Made by a program: the position numbers and the translations under genes. A DNA stretch of 64,000 nt from Oikopleura dioica. Taxonomy: Eukaryota; Animalia; Chordata. The notes under the pieces are model-generated. The model had not been told where the DNA came from. It saw only the letters and a list, made by a program, of their open reading frames with translations, and did no database searches. The stretch spans positions 8,742,001 to 8,806,000 of the forward strand of contig OU015566.1 in the NCBI GenBank assembly GCA_907165135.1. Direction: 5' to 3'. This document shows, piece after piece, positions 63,001 through 64,000 of the stretch (its first letter is position 1; every line of letters starts with the position of its first letter).

Positions 63001-64000
63001 CGGCCATGTATCGATCTGGTGCTAAACCTGCGAAGCCACACTGCGCCCGTGAATTGCGTGAAATATTCACATGATCACTGTCTTATTGCTACCGGCTCAA
63101 TCGACAAGGTGCCTTATTACACAATACATAATATATATTATGAAGAGAATATGAAATGATAAACAAAAGTAACATCGCTCCTAGAATATTTGCATTTGGA
63201 CAGCAGCAGATGGAGCCCTTATCCGACAGATTGAGCAGCACACAGGCTCCGTTTTGTCACTTTGCTGGAATAGAGAGTCGACATCGGTCATTTCAGGTAC
63301 AATTTGAATAGGTGAAATAACGGGTCAAGCTGTTTCATACCAAGTTCACGTTTTTCTTGCATAACTTGAAAACGCGTTACCTGGAGTTATGTATATCTTG
63401 AAATCAGCTCGGGAATACCTCTGTCGATTCTCGTGGATTTTTATAAAATTCACATGTTGAATGAAATTATTATTCCTGGGCTTATCTTAGGATTTCTTCA
63501 GAAATACAAATCCATTTTTCTCGATATCAGCAAACCAGACGCGGTTTCATTTTGGAACCTAGAGTCACTACGGCCTGTCAAAATTATTTGATAACATGCT
63601 ACCCGGCACCTTGTTGAGCCACCTTTGCTTAGAGCTCTTCGGCATTTGAGAGTTGCGCCTAATATAGAAATTTACAAACTCTTGAATTAGCTCATCAATT
63701 TCTCAGGTGGTGCTGACAAGACGGTGCGGCGGCTGTACATCCAGAGTGAAAACGTGGCCGAGCCGCCGGAATTATGCTGCCCGATCACACATTCGCTCAT
63801 GCTAGACTGTGTCACTGCTGATGACGGGAACAACTACTCCAGAGCCGGCATCGAAGAGTGGTTTTCAAAAGGTAAAGAAAGAGTGGAATAGATTCATTAG
63901 AGCGGAAAGCCGGGACTTAGCTACGTAGCCCACTGATTCTCACTGATTATTTAGCCCAGGTTTCGGTCAGATACGAAACTCTTATCTGTGCTAAGCCAGT
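60046..64000 (+). CDS. WDSUB1: WD40 + U-box protein (WDSUB1-like), 3' end outside the window
   Basis: HSHDVNCVAVS, LVVSGGLDGNV, LVTGSALGDLRIW, IVTVGADNLGHIW, GGADKTVR, and U-box PPELCCPITHSLMLDCVTADDGNNYSRAGIEEWF. Confidence 0.8.
61798..62294 (+). ncRNA. Candidate intronic highly structured RNA (unassigned family)
   Basis: About nine hairpins with G-U pairs favouring the + strand, pairing of the two ends, and a following T4 run, all inside WDSUB1 intron 61706-62454. Confidence 0.45.

Noticed and set aside
1-64000. CRISPR arrays, tRNA, rRNA, SL RNA or snRNA genes
   Set aside because: No regularly spaced repeats or recognisable consensus seen by eye; a tRNAscan/Infernal run would be needed to exclude diverged copies.

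Overview
Eukaryotic, gene-dense genomic DNA with many very short introns (about 40-110 nt), several GA-AG and GC-AG introns, and closely packed same-strand genes. This architecture strongly suggests the appendicularian tunicate Oikopleura (O. dioica-like); that is an inference from genome architecture, not a database match. Recognisable genes, left to right: NEK-like pseudokinase (-), PLA2-like secreted protein (+), GPI-anchored Ly6/uPAR protein (+), sushi-mucin-FN3-Ly6 mosaic protein (-), C2H2 zinc-finger gene (+), PSME3 (-), MON2 (+), PIH1D2 (+), RFC3 (+), IMMP-family peptidase (+), CBL (+), EHD (+), ANP32 (+), FAM199X (+), a sulfatase (-), TJP1/ZO-1 (+) and a WDSUB1-like gene (+, runs off the window). 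Two observations stand out. (1) A 1120-bp hAT-type MITE with perfect 34-bp TIRs and an 8-bp TSD sits inside a MON2 coding exon, where it could be removed as an in-frame GT-AG intron (introner-like). (2) A ~500-nt GC-rich, densely hairpinned segment with paired ends lies inside a WDSUB1 intron and looks like an unassigned structured RNA. No CRISPR array, tRNA or rRNA was recognised. Exon boundaries were inferred by hand from reading frame and remembered protein homology, so they are approximate.
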